Shown here piece after piece: positions 36,278 through 48,230 of a DNA stretch of 64,000 bases. The notes beneath the pieces are model-generated. The model had not been told where the DNA came from. It ran no database searches and saw nothing but the letters and a program-made list of their open reading frames with translations. This DNA is from Squalus acanthias (taxonomy: Eukaryota). Made by a program: the position numbers and the translations under genes. The stretch spans positions 6,448,001 through 6,512,000 of the forward strand of contig CM059452.1 of NCBI GenBank assembly GCA_030390025.1, written 5' to 3'. Each line of letters opens with the position of its first letter. The stretch's first letter is position 1.

Positions 36278-38704
36278 GTGAAAGGCTTTCATAGAGGTAA
36301 CCAGGCTGCTGACTGACAAACAGATGGACAGCGGCCTGTCTGGGCCTCGGTCGCTTGTTCTCCCTGAGCAGGGGACCAGTTTGTATTCGGGTTCCCACAG
36401 TGCGGAGACACAGAGAAAGGAATCACTGGACACCGGGAAATGCAGGAGGAAAAACATACTGACTGTCTGGAGCCTGTGCACAAAGGTCACGAGCATCTGG
36501 CGCCAGTAGAACTGAAAGGAAATGAAAGTCAGTTGTTGTGAATGTGGGTTGTGAGTTGTTGTTTATTTTTCAGATCAGAAAGGTTAAATCTGCGAGCGCA
36601 AGCTGTCAATTTCCGAGCTCGAATTCATCTGATTAATGTTTCTGTCGCTGTAAGTGTTGATGTCAAAGGCTCTATATTCGCCGTCAGCATCACCGCAACA
36701 CATCTCGCTATAAATGAGCACTGGAAACTGCCCATAGATGCACTGACTGTCTGTTTTCACCCAGGATCTCAAAAGTGTAAAAGTTCCCATTATATCCGCC
36801 AGAGGGCGCCGTGCTCATATGTTTCTCGCTGCTTCCTTCGCACTTAGTCCCATGTTATTCATGATATGTCGAAAACCATCAACATTTCAAACCTGTTTAT
36901 ATGTGTGTTGTGTTCCTGGTGTTCAGTAAAATACCTCCCCTCTCGCTTGTTCTGTCTTGCTTTCACCGTCACAATTTCTCTCCACCGCTCTTATGAATGA
37001 TTTCATTACACTGCAAATCTTAAAGCAACTGCAAAGTGACATTTTTGGTAGTTTTGTAAAGCTGCAGTTTGAAAAAAATCTCTTATATGCTAAAATACGT
37101 AATGGGCGACACACTCAGAGAGACAGGATTGTAACCCGAGTGAGGAGTTTCTCCCGTGTCACTAACCAGTGCTGGACAGCCTGGAGAGATGTATGTTGGA
37201 CATCTTGGGGAGTTACGAGTTAACAGTCGAACTTCTTTGTATCTTGGATTAACAAGCTTCCAGGCTTTCCCTGATATGAACAGAATGACTTTGAAGTGTC
37301 GTAAAAAGAATGCAGTGCTTTGTTTCTGAGATGTAAAGTGCTTGTGTAAGGGAATAAGTGATAGTAATGACGTCACCCATGAGTGGTTTAGTTTTAGGGT
37401 ACTAAACATGGTTAAAAAGGCAACATTAGCTACAGAAAGCAGTTGGTACAGTATTTACTTCAAAGATGCTGGCAAATGATCTGTCAGGAAGTCTTGTTTA
37501 AGGGACGTAGTTATGAATTAAACAAACAACAAACTGTTGAGATGAATATTCCGTTTTCAAAGGGTCTGGGAATAGAAAGGTCATACAGGCTTATCTATGA
37601 CATTTTCCTTTGATGTAGTCCAAATATGGTGTATAAAGGATTGTGGTTTTCAACAGTATCTCAGCGTGTACTGGAAAGATACTGAAACCGAAACAGTCAC
37701 TCTCTGTATACAGTTAAAGACCGATCACCTTCACTGTGCAGCAATAAGGTCTGTTCCGTGTATTCCACTACGGAGTCTCGTTCATTCCACTACGGAGTCT
37801 CGTGCTTACTCGAAACGTGTTGCTGTGAACCAGAGGAGAAAGGATGTTGACTGCGAACAACCACCATTTCCTCCCCGTGTGATTAATTTCAGCGCCTCCT
37901 GTTAGTTTCAGGCGGACTTTAATCTAACGGGTTCAGCAGATATTTAGGAAAGGGGCTCCTATTCCCCCCGAGCTATTGCCAACACAGTCGGATGATGGCG
38001 GTAAGATATGATCTCGAAATGACAATATATCGGTTTGAATGTAGAAGAAGATGTTCAGTTTATTTCACTCATTGTCAGTAATCAGACTGAGGTGGTTGAC
38101 GGGGGTCGGGTTTGATTAACCTTCTGATGGGGCCACACAAGGGGAAGATTTCCTCTGGTCTCTCTGTGGAATTCTCCTCTGAAATTGTTTTAACGAAATC
38201 GCAATCTCATTCTTTTAGAATGCGTTCATTATTTCGTTAGAAATAGCGACCAGAGGAAACCTCAAACACAGTGTGGACACCTCGGTGTAAACACGAATGT
38301 TCCGGAGAATGAAGTTAATGCTCTCGATGAGTCGTCACACACCAGCATAAAATAAACACTCAGTGTGACCGATTCGGCCCCGGTGAATATAATCCCACAA
38401 TTAAGCAATGCTGAAGTTTTCCTCAGACCAAGGAATGCCCTCACTGAGTGACGGCTCCACAGGCCGATACTTTATGCTGTGACTGTCAGTATCTCTGATC
38501 AAACCCGCTATCAACTGGAAATTATAGAGACAAACCTTGCGGTAACACTGCCTGCGGCAGCCCCGCCCACAGCTTCCGTTCGCTGCTCTCGCTCTGACCC
38601 GCCTTGCCTGCCCTGTGTTTTTGGAGTGTTTGCTGCTGCTGTTACGGGACTGTAAACAGGAGGGAGGTTTTTGTACAGTGACTGCCGCGTTTCCTCTCAG
38701 TGTG

Positions 38705-39135
38705 CGGGTCTATCGCACAGTAATACACCGCGGTATCCGCGCTCTCCGTGCTCTCAATGACCAATTGGCCGCGTTTGTCCGCAGTGGAAAGATCCAAATC
38801 AAATCGGTCCCTTCTCTCTTTGCCAGCCGATATTCGCTTTATTACCCACTCCAGTCCCTGACTGGGTCTTTGTTTGTACCAGTGCATGCCGTCAATGCTG
38901 GACATGTCATAGCTGCAGTTTATCTGCACCGAATCCCCGCTCCGGACTGTTATCGCAGCGGGAGACTGCAGCACTTGGTCCGAGAGACATCGACCTGTAA
39001 AAACATTCAGATAATAAAACACTGGAGCAACGTGAATAAAACAAACACTGCGGGTTATTGAGCACAGCTCCTGTACCTACATGGTAGCAGCACCAGAATA
39101 ACGAGTGATACATTCACTTGTACCGAGTAATACAT
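38705..39135 (-). CDS. TCR V, intact (leader 39135-39081; exon 38994-38705; 23-RSS 38704-38666)
   Basis: MYYSVQVNVSLVILVLLP/CRCLSDQVLQSP...INCSYD...MHWYKQRPSQGLEWVI...DTAVYYCAIDP; CACACTG-23-ACAAAAACC. Confidence 0.85.
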
Positions 39136-39635
39136 CCTTGTAATTACAATGTCAAGAGGAAAGCGGCAGACAGCTCGTATCAAAAGACCCCGAACCGAGT
39201 GACGACATTGAACAGGCGGCTGATTAAAGTCAGCGCCGCCCAGTTAAAGTCTCAGTCACGTGGGTTTACTGCTCTTGGATTGGCGGGAAATAGACATTGT
39301 TCACCCGCGGTTCACATCCGGACATGTCAGTGGTCTAATGACCAGCAAGTTTTCTCCTCCTTGTGGAGGAAGTGAGGTGAACCCCATCCCTTTGTGATAG
39401 TGACTCTCTAAAGGGACATTCCTGGCGGTGGGAGTTTGTAACCAAGTCAAACTCTATACAACCCTTTCCTTACAGAATGTATGGAGGCTCTGGCACTGTG
39501 CCCCACAAAGGAGTCAACATACCCAGGACAGTCTGATAAACCCTCTCCTTACAGAATGTATGGGAGCTCTGGAACTGTACCCCACAGCAGCAACAGCTGA
39601 TATCCAGCCTTTCTCTTACAGAGCGGACAGCAGCA

Positions 39636-39681
39636 ATGCAGCAACTCAGCATCTGGATTGTGTGTGAGGCATTTCTGACAG
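39636..39681 (+). pseudogene. Orphan V leader exon (31-kb/54-kb family) with a dead donor and no V exon
   Basis: MQQLSIWIVCEAFLT versus MRLLSIWAVWGAFLT; followed by CC instead of GT. Confidence 0.65.
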
Positions 39682-39805
39682 CCGAGCTGGGCTGCTGTCT
39701 GTGTCCTTATAGGAGAATGGTCCCACATTTAGAGTCCAGGCTGGGAATGAAACCCATGTCTATGTATTGTAACCGGGAAGCGCAGGATTATTAATGGGTT
39801 TGGTT

Positions 39806-40230
39806 AACATAAGAACATAAGAATTAGGAGCCGGAGTCGGCCATGCGGCCCCTCGAGCCTGCTCCACCATTCAATAAGATCATGGCTGATCTTCGACCTC
39901 AAATCCACTTTCCCGCCCGATCCCCATAACCCGTGATTCCCCAAGAGTCCAAAAATCTATCTATCTCAACCTTGAATATACTCAAAGACTCAACATTCAC
40001 AGCCCTCTGGGGCAGAGAATTCCAAAGATTCACAACCCTCTGAGTGAAGAAATTCCTCCTCATCTCAGTCTTAAATGGCCGACCTCCTATCCTGAGACTA
40101 TGCCCCCTAGTTCTAGATACTCCAGCCAGGGGAAACAACCTCTCAGCATCTACCCTGTCAATCCCCTTCACAATCTTATATGTTTCAATCAGATCACCTC
40201 TCGTTCTTCTAAACTTCAGAGAGTATAGAT
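39806..40230 (-). mobile_element. CR1 LINE 3' fragment
   Basis: KGIDRVDAERLFPLAG...RRNFFTQRVVNLWNSLPQ. Confidence 0.88.
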
Positions 40231-41663
40231 TTATTCCAGGGTCAATTCATTCTCTATAATTCCGTTAGTTCTACCGTCAGGACACTGTTAACTGTGACTC
40301 CAGTGAGCTTTCCCCTCACGGGTCAGTTCACTGGTGAAATAACATTGTTGTCGGAATGATTTATAGATCCCTGATATTAGAATGATGACGTCTGCTGTTA
40401 TTGAACAAACAACTGAACAGATTAAAGAATAAACTCTCCCTAAATTTAAACAGAGTTTCAAGAACTGTCCTCTTCTGTGGTTTGTATTAAAATGCTGTTT
40501 AAATTATATCCGGTAAGTTCTGACCTTCTTTCTGCCTGTAATGATTTATTTAAAGATGCATAATCGTCAGATGCTTGATTACCAATGAGAGAGAATGGAG
40601 GGAACAGCCGAGCGGTGCTTTTCAGGAATTTACCGCTCATCTGTATAAAGTTCCCGGGAGCAGAGCGCGGGGAGCGGGTTCGAAGCCCCCAGGGTGAGGT
40701 GCATGCTCTCGTTACCAAGAGTTCAACATCAGCAGGGCATGAAAAACTGTCCTTACAACGATCTCGCATATTAACAAATGATGAGGAGCAGAAAAAGAAA
40801 CACAATACAGGCAGTTTCGATTTGTTTTTCGCCCCTTTAACATCGATTTCCAGCATCAGTACAGTTAATGTCTTCAGAAATCAGATCTCAGGGTGTGTCT
40901 TTCATTCACATTTTAATATTGCTTTCCCCATCTTCCACATCCTTCCACTCTCTTGTCCTGCCCACTGGTTAGTATCAAAATTCAATCCTTCGATATGATG
41001 GATGTCTTTTTGTGATGATTATTGCCCGATGTACCGTCCCAGCCCATTGTGGATTTCAAACATTAATCTTCAGTTCATTCCAAAATGTACAACATTGTTG
41101 GCGAAACAGCATTTAACTCACTGCCCGGGGTCTGAGCCAAACAAAGGATATTGTGAGCTGACGCCCTCTGGTGGATATTCTGAGAAATGTTCAGATGTCG
41201 GTGGACAGGGTGTGAGGAATCCTGTGTGTATTCACTGAACTGTCTGCAATTCCTGGTTATGGGAAGCTGGGTTGGAGCGGTTCTGAATTAATATGCCGAG
41301 CAGCAGCAAACGTTTTACATCGTTCAACTACAGATTAGAAGAAGAAAGTTCATACGATTATAGGTAAAGAGTGGAGACAGGGGATGAGAAAGGACAGACA
41401 GGCACGGAAAGGAACTACAGATGGATTTGTGAATTTCAGTTTTAGCATTTTGAAATCACCAACTAATGTAATTCCGCCAGTGGACTTCACCTTTTCATGT
41501 GGAGTGTTGTGTTTTGTCGACATTTAGAAGGTCCCTGTGACTCTCACTGTGGAGGCTGAATTATCGCTTGTTTATCGGCGTTAGAGCGCCCTCTGGTGAG
41601 CACTAACTGCAACTCTCAGTGTGGGTTTTTGTACGGGTTCCGCTGCATCTCCGCAGCAGTGTG

Positions 41664-42139
41664 GGGCTCATGGCACAGAAATACACGGCGGTGTCGGAGA
41701 TCAGGGCATTGCTGATCGTTAGCTCGGTAATCTTGCTGCTTTTATTAAACGTAGAAGAGAATCGGTCTTTGAATTCAGGGTTCCTGTTTACTATCGCTCC
41801 ATAGAGATAAAACACGTACTGTGGAGGCTGCCCGGGGTGCTGACTGTACCAGTACACATGAGGGTTAGGAGCGGTTGTTTTCAAGGCGCAGTTTAGTGTG
41901 ACGTTACTTTCCTCTTCAACCGTTATTTCAGGAACCGGCTGTTCCACTGTGTCTTGCTGGCTCCATTCTAATATAAAATAATAGTAATAGTCATCTCCAT
42001 CACAATCATCATCAGGATCATTTAACCAATTATCATAGCTGGGTTACAGCCGTCAGGGGGAGAATGGATTTTAACTGGGGAGGAAATACTTACTGAGAAG
42101 TGATATAATGATGAGGAGCGGTGCGAGGCGGTTGTACAT
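41664..42139 (-). CDS. TCR alpha/delta-type V, intact (leader 42139-42094; exon 41967-41664; RSS 41663-41624 with 24-nt spacer)
   Basis: MYNRLAPLLIIISLL/KWSQQDTVEQ...LNCALK...VYWYSQHPGQPPQYVF...DTAVYFCAMSP; CACACTG-24-ACAAAAACC. Confidence 0.88.
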
Positions 42140-44125
42140 GACGCTCCCTGAGTCTGTAACTCTGCAGTCCTGGAAATCCTCTGTCGGAGCAGAAATACAG
42201 ATCCCCGCCGCACTGCACTGCTGATCGAACCAATGCCAAAGAAGTAACAGAGGCAGTAAGCTCTCCGATAACAGAAGGCGGGTCAGAGCGAGAGCAGCAG
42301 ACGGAAGCTGTGGGCGGGGCAGCCACGGGCAGTGTTACTGTAAGTTTTGTCTCCATCATTTTCAGTTGGTAACGGCGAGAAATATGTGACCACGGCGCCC
42401 TCTGGCGGTCACTCTGAGAACTTTACACTGTCAGGATAATAGTTTGAGCAAAGTGTGAGTTTATCTTTGGCGAACTTCCCAGCGTCCGTGTTTTGGGAGA
42501 GGCGGTTCAGACAATTTAACAATTTTTGAATCTCTTTCTTTATGGCTTTCTCGTACCTTTAAGATTTAAGTTTCTCACTCGCTATTTCTCACTTTCTTTA
42601 ATTTCTCTTTCCCTCCTTTCCTAAATTGCTGTCCACTACTATTACATTGATTTGTCTCTTTCTCTCATTCTTTCTTTAGTGCCTTCGCTTTGTGTTCCGC
42701 TGTCTGTGTTTCAAAATTTCTTCATTTCAGAATTTCTTTTACTCTCTCTCTTCTATATTTCCTCTTATTTTTCTGTGCTCAGTCCCCCTGCCCTCCGATC
42801 ATTATAACCGGGCCTCTCCCAATCCCGTTACTCCAAACACCCTGTCTTCTGGTGGCGAGTACTGCGAGGTGCAATTATTGACGCCAATTCCCGATAATTT
42901 GCAGTACACAAGATAGTTATAAGTGAGAACGGCTAATCGCTCCTTCAAGGGATGACTGCGTCACTCAGAGAGATCCCAGCTCTCGACTTCCATTGTAGCA
43001 TCCAACGATTCCAGTGCATTTCTCCTCCCCACTCTAACTGAAAGTTTATTCCACCCATTGATCACTCTCTGTGTGTGAAGCGGGATTTCCTGATACCAGT
43101 CCTGGAATTTTAACCCGTGTTCTTTCCCAGAAGGATGGAGTGGGAATTTTTTATGCTAATATTTACAACATAACAATAGTAATAATAACATTGATAAATC
43201 ATGATGAAAACTGATAATAAGCCATATAAACACTGATATTAATTTCAAAATAAAGCCTCTATTTCCGAATCTGCTTCTTTAATCCCTTCAATAAAGTTAC
43301 TGAACAATGTTCTCAGGCTGTAACTCGCCTCGATACTGAAACCAGCACAGTGAAAACATCCTCGCACTGCCCTCTGGTGGCGACTGCCTGTAACTACAAG
43401 GTACAAGTCCTGTCCTGTCCCAGTTCACAAGATCATTCTGAATGAGGGAAGCCATTCGGCCCGTATTGTCCCATCCATCCAGAGAGATACTATCTCCCGG
43501 CCCCACTGTGGCCTCAAACTTTTCCTTAAAAGTTTCCAGGATATGTTCCTCCACCACTGTATTCGGAAACTTATTCCATACATTCACCACTTTCCATGTG
43601 TGAAGAAGATATTGTCCTATATTTACATTTTATACTTTGAACCCGTGCTTCCCTCTTCTACTTCAAACAGTTCAATTTAATGTAATATTGTGGGATATGT
43701 TTTTAATACATCAACTGTGCGATACTTCTCTAGATGTCATTGCAGTCAGGCACTGGGATACGGTGCTGATCAAAACTCTCGCACATCCGCGAGCAGCAGG
43801 TCACAAGCGCTGGGTTTGTCTCCTTGGAATTGATTATTTCAAAGAAAGAAGGCAGGGATCATTGTGAGAGAAAGTGAGGACAGCGCGACAATTCCTCACA
43901 GGTGGATCCTACGTGTGACATCACTTCCCGCGGCAGCCCCGCCCACAGCTTCCGTTTGCTGCTCTCGCTCTGACCCGCCTTGCCTGCCCGGTGTTATTGG
44001 AGAGATTGCTGCCGCTGTTCCCTGTTTGGCATTGGTTGGATCAGCAGTGCAGTGGGGCGGGGATCTGTATTTCTGCTCCGACAGAGGATTTCCCGGACTG
44101 CAGAGTTACAGACTCAGGGAGCATC

Positions 44126-44676
44126 ATGCGGAACCGTCTCGCACCGCTCCTCATCATTATATCACTTCTCAGTAAGTATTTCCTTCCCAGTAAACATCCA
44201 TTCTCCCCCTCACTGCTGTAACCCAGGTGTTATTATTGGTGAAATGATGACAATGATGGTGAATTAGACACATTTCATCTTTACTCTCATTTCCATCATG
44301 GTTTTAATCTGAATTTTAAACACCCGCCGGTCTGATCTTTTCCTGTTTGAACATGTTTTTCAGATCTGAGTCTTGGAGATTCTGTCACTCAGCCGCTGTC
44401 CTCAGGAGTTAAGACAGAAGGAGAAGCGGTGACTTTAAACTGTACCTATGATACTACACGGAGCGGCGGAGGCTATAATTTGTACTGGTACCGGCAACAC
44501 CCAGACACACAGCCCGAGTTTATTCTGACGAAATACGCGAGCGGTTCTGAAGATAAAGCACATTTTGCCCAAACGCGTTTTTCAGCACAACTCGACAGCT
44601 CCACTAAATTCACCAGTTTAACCATCTCGGGGCTGCAGCTGACCGACACTGCAGTTTATTACTGTGCCCTGGGACT
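44126..44676 (+). CDS. TCR alpha/delta-type V, intact, chimeric leader (leader 44126-44171; exon 44364-44676; 23-RSS 44677-44715)
   Basis: MRNRLAPLLIIISLL/NLSLGDSVTQ...LNCTYD...LYWYRQHPDTQPEFIL...DTAVYYCALGL; CACAGTG-23-ACAGAAACT. Confidence 0.88.
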
Positions 44677-45479
44677 CACAGTGATGGAAACCAGTTAAAC
44701 CCTCGTACAGAAACTCCCTCCGCTTTGTAGATCAGAGGCTCCGCCTGCTGAAGCCGGATATAACGACGGGCAGATGTGAAGAGCGATACAAAATAATTAT
44801 TTAGCAAATCTGCCATTTCCTTATTTTCTATGACAGTATCACCCGAGTGTGTCTTTAAGCGGCCCGCATTACCCTGAGCCTCCCGCTTTCTCTTCTTACT
44901 TTGAAAACGTTTCCATATAATCGCCATCAGAGGGAAGTTCATTGTTGGGTTGAGTGTCGGGGCGAGTTACAGACTAAGAACATTGTTCATTTTATTTAAC
45001 TAAAGAATTAGAGAAACACATTTTTAAATGCAGGCATTAAGTTCAAAAGGAAGTCTGTGTTCCAAATGGTTAACTATTAAGTTATTGTGAATGTGGTTAT
45101 TGTTAACGTGAATACGTTGTAAATATTTGTAATGAGCAGCTCGCCCCAGAATCAGTAAAACTATCTGTTGTCTGCACCCTCCCATTCTGCTCAAACCTGT
45201 CAGTCACTCCCCATTTCATTCATATAAAAGGTCGCGTTTGTCTAATTTACCGCATCGTTGTTTTCATATCCTCAGGATCTACTGGCCGTCTCTACCTCCC
45301 TTTATATCGGCTGTGGGTAGTTCTAATGGTCAGTGAGCAGCTCTTTTAATGGGAGCCTCCGGCACTGCTGCCAGAACAATATTAACAAATTCCTTTCACT
45401 GGCCCCACCTCACAGACTGAAACTGTTAAAGGGCCAACATTGGGTTTAATCCCCGTCCAGTTCTCTGTTGTGAGGAGAA

Positions 45480-45720
45480 CACGTGAGCTGTGAGCTGATT
45501 GGATAAATTGGAGAACAAAGGACTAGTGAGCTGATTGGATATCTCCTGCTGACTCTGTCAGGAATGAACCAATCGGCAGAGAGGCCGGATATGAGTCAAC
45601 ATCTTCCCAGCTCTTGACTAAAACAAATTCATGTTCAACCCGTCATCCGCCATCAACTCGCTGCAAACATGTTGGCTGTTACATTTTATTTATTCGTCAC
45701 AGCTGCAGCTCTCCTAATTG
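45480..45720 (+). promoter_or_regulatory. CCAAT-box-rich V promoter plus distal leader exon (45669-45720, MLAVTFYLFVTAAALLI/G)
   Basis: Repeated GAGCTGATTGG units, also at 35110-35290 and (inverted) 32940-33110; intact G|GTAAG donor. Confidence 0.65.
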
Positions 45721-46163
45721 GTAAGTTCAAAAGTTACACAACACTGTATTTTACATTATATCATACATGTATCATATGTTATATTTATTCGATCAGTTTC
45801 CGGAACATAAGATTATCAATATGTTGATCCAAAGTGAAGAAAACCATCCGGATCCACATTGACTCAACACTGAACACTGTTTGGGGAAAATTGACAAAAT
45901 CCTCCAGTGAAGGAAAGCGGAAGAGTTGAGGTGAGATTACAGGCGAATGGCAGACAGACCCGCTCCACTCCGCCGGGGTCAATGACGGACTTTGACAGAT
46001 AGACGATTCTTAAACCTACAGACAGTTTGGAGTTTTCCCTTCACATCACAAGAGGTGAAGGTGAGGAACTGATCCCGTTGGAAGGTGCTGAATGTTCATT
46101 AAAGAAAGTTTTATTCAGTCGATCTCAGCATCATCCCGTGAGCAGCCCCTGAGCTGTGGGGAA

Positions 46164-46595
46164 ATGTATTTCTGTTTAACTGCCCTGATTTACTTCTCAG
46201 GTAAGTGTTGGGGGTGACGGGCTGATTCTGGGGGATAGACACAGTGAAGTGACATTGTTTAATTTAATATCGCTCTGGGCTCTTGCAGGACATTGTCGAG
46301 GAGACTCCGTTTCACAGACACCGGCTGCAACCACAGTCAGTGAAGGAGACGATGTTCAGTTGCACTGTAATTATACAGCTACAAGCACCAGCAATCTTAA
46401 CCTATTCTGGTACCGTCAGCATCCCAGCGGATCCATGGAGTTTCTGCTGCAGAGAAACAAATACAGCGAGAACGAAGGGAGATTTTCAGGGGACCGTTTT
46501 TCAGCGAAGCTCAATGATTCGAGCCGAACCGTCCCGCTGAATGTGTCTGAAACACAACTGACAGACTCCGCGGTGTATTACTGCGCACTGAGCCC
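46164..46595 (+). CDS. TCR alpha/delta-type V, intact (proximal leader 46164-46200; exon 46289-46595; 23-RSS 46596-46634)
   Basis: MYFCLTALIYFS/GHCRGDSVSQ...LHCNYT...LFWYRQHPSGSMEFLL...TDSAVYYCALSP; CACAGAG-23-ACAAAAACT. Confidence 0.88.
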
Positions 46596-47156
46596 CACAG
46601 AGACACGGAGCTGGGCTGGACCTGTACAAAAACTGTCAGAGCGTCGCTCAACATATCAGCGCGTCAGGGGAACATTGTGATCAGGGGCGAGTCTCAGCTG
46701 GTCCCTGTATTTGTGATTAGACATTGTGCTGTTAATTCTAATATATAGGTATCTTTATTCCTGCAATTTGTCTCTTTTTAAGTATTTATCCAATTCCCCT
46801 TTGAATGTTACTATTGAATCTGCTTCCACCGCCCTTTCAAGGCAGTGAATTCCAGATCACAACAACTCACTGAGTAAAAAATCAAATCTCCTCATCTCCT
46901 CTCTGGTTGTTTTGCCAAGTATCTTCAATGTGTTTGTCCTCTGGGTACCGACCCTCCTGCCAGTGGAAACAGTTTCTCATTATTTACTTCATCAAAACTC
47001 TTCATATATTTCTGTTTGGATACAGTCACTCTGAGAACTCCTATTCCGAAATGCTATCCCGCTTTTGTTGTGTGAGCGACAATCTCACCGCCTGTTGGGA
47101 TTTATTACTCACAGTTATTGGAACTTTATCTAAACGTTTCCCTCTCTGTCCTTTAG

Positions 47157-47461
47157 ACAGCGTCATTGGATGGATCGCTCATTGGCCAATGGAAGAGGTG
47201 ACCGCTCAGGAGGGAGAGATCGCGACAATAACCTGCTCCTATACAGAGGTGACGAGAGTTTGCCTGTCCTGGTACCGGGAGGGTCGGTCCGTGGGCCCGG
47301 AGAATATCCTCATCCGCTGCACCGACCGGTTCAGTGACGATGCGAACTTTGCAAGACGGCGCTTCACCTCATCTTTGGCCAAAACTTACAGAGCCGTCAG
47401 TTTAAGGGTTTCACAGCTGACAGCTGCGGATTCCAGGAAATACTTCTGGGTCATAACACCG
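47157..47461 (+). pseudogene. Divergent TCR V, probable pseudogene (second canonical Cys>Trp; degenerate RSS 47462-47500; ATG-less leader remnant ending ~47071)
   Basis: EGEIATITCSYT...CLSWYRE...RFTSSL...ADSRKYFWVI; CACGGTG-21-ACAATAAAC. Confidence 0.72.
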
Positions 47462-47759
47462 CACACGGTGCTGTATTTAGAGCAAGAGCCGACAATAAAC
47501 TACAGGTGCTCCGGCGCGGCAGACTGTGACAGTGAACTCTCTGGTTCATGTATCTCATGGTCCAATGTCACCGTGTAGTCCGACGGAGAAGGACAACAAT
47601 TCTTCCATCCAAAAAGTTTCGTCAACGTGTCATAAACAGACAGACCACAGATTGAAAATATCTGGAAAGTCCCTGGAATCCCAAATCCCTTTGATCCTCC
47701 ACAGGAATCTGAGTCAACAACACTATCCACAGAAAATTCCACATTCTCACCTCCCTTTG

Positions 47760-48230
47760 AACGAAAGAAAGATTTGTATTTCTATAGCGTCTTTCACGAC
47801 CACCGGACGTCCCAAACCGCTTTACAGCCAATGAAGTTCTTTTTGAAGTGTAGTCACTGTTGTAATGTAGGAAACGCGCAGCCAATTTGAGCACAGCAAG
47901 CTCCCACAAACAGCAATGTGAGAATGACCAGATAATCTGTTTTAGTGATGTGGATTGAGGGCTAAATATTGGGCAAGACACCGGGGAGAACTCCCCTGCT
48001 CTTCTTCAAAATAATGCCTGGGATCTTTTACGTCCACCTGAGGGAGCTGACGACGCCTGAGTTTAATGTCTCATCCGAAAGACGGCACCTCCGACAGTGC
48101 AGCACTCCTTCGGTACTGCACTGGAGTGTTAGCTTAGATGTTTGTGCTCGAGTCTCTGGAGTGGGACTTGAATCCACAACCTTCATGACTCAGAGGCGAG
48201 GGTGCTATCAACTGAGCCACGGCTGACACT
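47760..48230 (-). mobile_element. tRNA-derived Deu-type SINE (SacSINE1-like), near full length
   Basis: Minus-strand A box TGGCTCAGTTG, B box GATTCAAGTCC, conserved central core and CTTT tail. Confidence 0.78.
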
